Shown: positions 62,150 through 64,000 of the stretch, in pieces
Numbering within the stretch: position 1 is the first letter of the stretch
Layout: the number at the start of each line of letters is the position of its first letter
NCBI RefSeq assembly: GCF_006345805.1
Contig: NC_043014.1
Span: forward strand, 37,262,001 to 37,326,000
Source: Octopus sinensis
Lineage: Eukaryota
Reading direction: 5' to 3'
Length of the DNA: 64,000 nucleotides
The notes under the pieces: model-generated
What the model was told of the DNA's origin: nothing
The model's database searches: none
The model's input: only the letters and a program-made list of their open reading frames with translations
Translations under genes and position numbers: made by a program

Positions 62150-63580
62150 CAGAATGGTGTGACTGTGTGTCTCTGTGCACGTCTCTATGTGTGTGTATAT
62201 AAACATGTGTTTGTGTGTTTGATTGGTCCCAGAGTTTATTGTGATGTGTAAATGGGTCTGTGTGTGTTTTATATTTGGTAGGATGGTGTGTGTATATGTG
62301 TGCACGTTTGTGTGAGTATGTGTGTAATTAATATTGTTATGGTGTTGTGTGTGTGTATGTGTTGTTTCCATGTGTGTATGTGTGCGTCTGTGGATGTGTG
62401 TGTATGTTTGTGTGTGAGTATGTGTGTACATGTGTGTGAGTGTTTGTGTGTGTCTGTCTGAATATGCTTGTCTTGTTATAATTGTCCTGGTGTTGTGTGT
62501 GCGCATATGTGTATATGTGTTAGTTCGTGTGTGTGTATGTGTGCATCTGTGTGTGTGCACGTGTATGTTTATGTGTTGTGTGGTGGTGGGGATGTTATGT
62601 GTGTGTACGTGAGTGTGTGTGTGTGTGTGTGCATGAGTGTGTGTGTGTGTTAGTGAGTATGTGTGTGTCTCTGTTTGAGTATGTTTGTGTTGTTTTAATT
62701 GTCCTTGTGGTGTGTGTGTGTGCAACCATATGTGTGTGAGGGTGCATATGCATGTGTGCGTGTGTATGCTTGTGTGGTTTGTGTCCTTGTGGTGTGTGTG
62801 TGTGAGCAACTGTATGTGTGTGTGTGAGGATGCATATGTATGTGTGTGTATGCATGGGTGTGTATGTGTGTGTAAGTGTGTTGTATTTATCAGGGGTTCT
62901 GTGTGTATGCATGTGTGTTTTGTGTATGTTGGTGCTGAGTATGCATTTGTGTGTGTGTGTGCTGCATTTGTGAGTGATTTGTTTGTATTGTTAGAGCAGT
63001 ATATGTGTATACGTGTGAGTGTGTTTGTGTGAGTGTGTCTATGTGTCTTGTATTTGTCGGGGAGGTGTGTGTCATTGTGTGTGTGCATGCTTGTGTGTGT
63101 TGTGGTTGTTCAGATTGTATTGTGTGTATATGTGTGTGTTTTTTCTTTGAGTGTGTGTGTGATTTCTTTAATGGGGAATGGACATATTGTGTGTGTGGGT
63201 TGTGTTGTATTTGAATGTTTGTGTGTGTATCTGTGTGTGTGTGTGTGTGGATGTGTTTGTGTGAATGTTGTTTGTAATTGTCGGGGTGGTGTGTGTAGGT
63301 GTGTGCATGTACATGTTTACATATGTGTGTATGTGTGTGTGAGTGTTGATTATGGTTGCTAGAATCGTATTGCAAGTGTATATATGTATGTGTTTTTTCA
63401 TGGCGTGTGTGTCGGTTTGTGCTCTAGTGTGGGGATATTGTGTTTGTGCATGTGTGTATATGTATGTGTGCGTGTTTGCGTCGGAGGTTTGCATTGTTTT
63501 TGTGTGTGTGCGATTTTGTATATCTATATGTGTTTCTGTGTGTGTTCGTTTTGGATGTTTACCTGGGGGTATGTTAGAGT
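62150..63580. repeat. Degenerate (TG)n low-complexity tract
   Basis: Directly visible. Confidence 0.92.
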
Positions 63581-63585
63581 ATGTT

Positions 63586-64000
63586 GATAAGGACCTTAGA
63601 GAATTTCTTAAGGACTTTTATAATTTGAGCATCGTTTTTGAGAATAATCCTAAAGTGGCAAATTTCCTGGATGTCACTCTCGACCTGAATACCAGCTTGC
63701 ACTACCCCTTCCGAAAACCAAACCAAACTTTCCAATATATCAATGTTTCCTCAAATAATCCCAAATCAACCATCAATAGCATCGTAACTGAAATTTCTAT
63801 CAGAATCTCAAACCTATCGGCGAATGAAAACATCTTTAATCAACACGCTCCAATATACAACAATGCCTTGAAATTGAGTGGGTTAACAAATAACATTGAA
63901 TACATACCCAATACCAAATTAAAAATTAAATTGGCCAGCATGGTCAGTGATGATATGAAACGGATTTCGGATGGCAGAGGCTCCCCACATAGTTCCCAAG
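63586..64000 (+). CDS. Penelope-like reverse transcriptase, C-terminal/thumb region, 5'-truncated, open to the window edge
   Basis: Manual translation: ..VANFLDVTLDLNTSLHYPFRKPNQTFQYINVSSNNP..IRISNLSANENIF..IYNNALKLSG; 138 codons without a stop (absent from the ORF track). Confidence 0.85.

Overview
AT-rich, microsatellite-dense eukaryotic genomic DNA, most likely from an octopus. That assignment is an inference from the SINE and LINE families and the (TA)n/(CA)n density; there is no prokaryotic content and no CRISPR array. Most of the window is decayed mobile DNA. It holds a near full-length CR1-group LINE (1.1-5.1 kb, minus), a truncated Helitron (6.5-9.7 kb) and several RTE LINE copies. 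It also holds Penelope-like (PLE) RT and GIY-YIG fragments, a hAT element with an 8-bp TSD and a nested MITE, mariner and RLE-LINE relics, tRNA-derived SINEs and local segmental duplications. One host gene is supported: three in-phase minus-strand exons of an ankyrin-repeat protein (44.2, 41.9 and 38.7 kb), downstream of an NRF1/ETS/YY1-type promoter at ~45.4 kb. The standout is a 5.6-kb head-to-tail array (12626-18250) of a ~595-bp non-coding unit. Every unit junction forms a type I hammerhead ribozyme (UCCACG-CUGAAGA-long stem II-GAAA-CGUACG-UC-CGUGGA), the architecture of a non-LTR retrozyme expected to yield ~595-nt self-cleaved monomer or circular RNAs. A diverged relative with its own hammerhead lies at 34.7-35.6 kb, and at least six further hammerhead motifs (including U3-A8 core variants) are scattered across the window, two of them at PLE-type ends. 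All ribozyme calls come from manual base-pairing and have not been tested.
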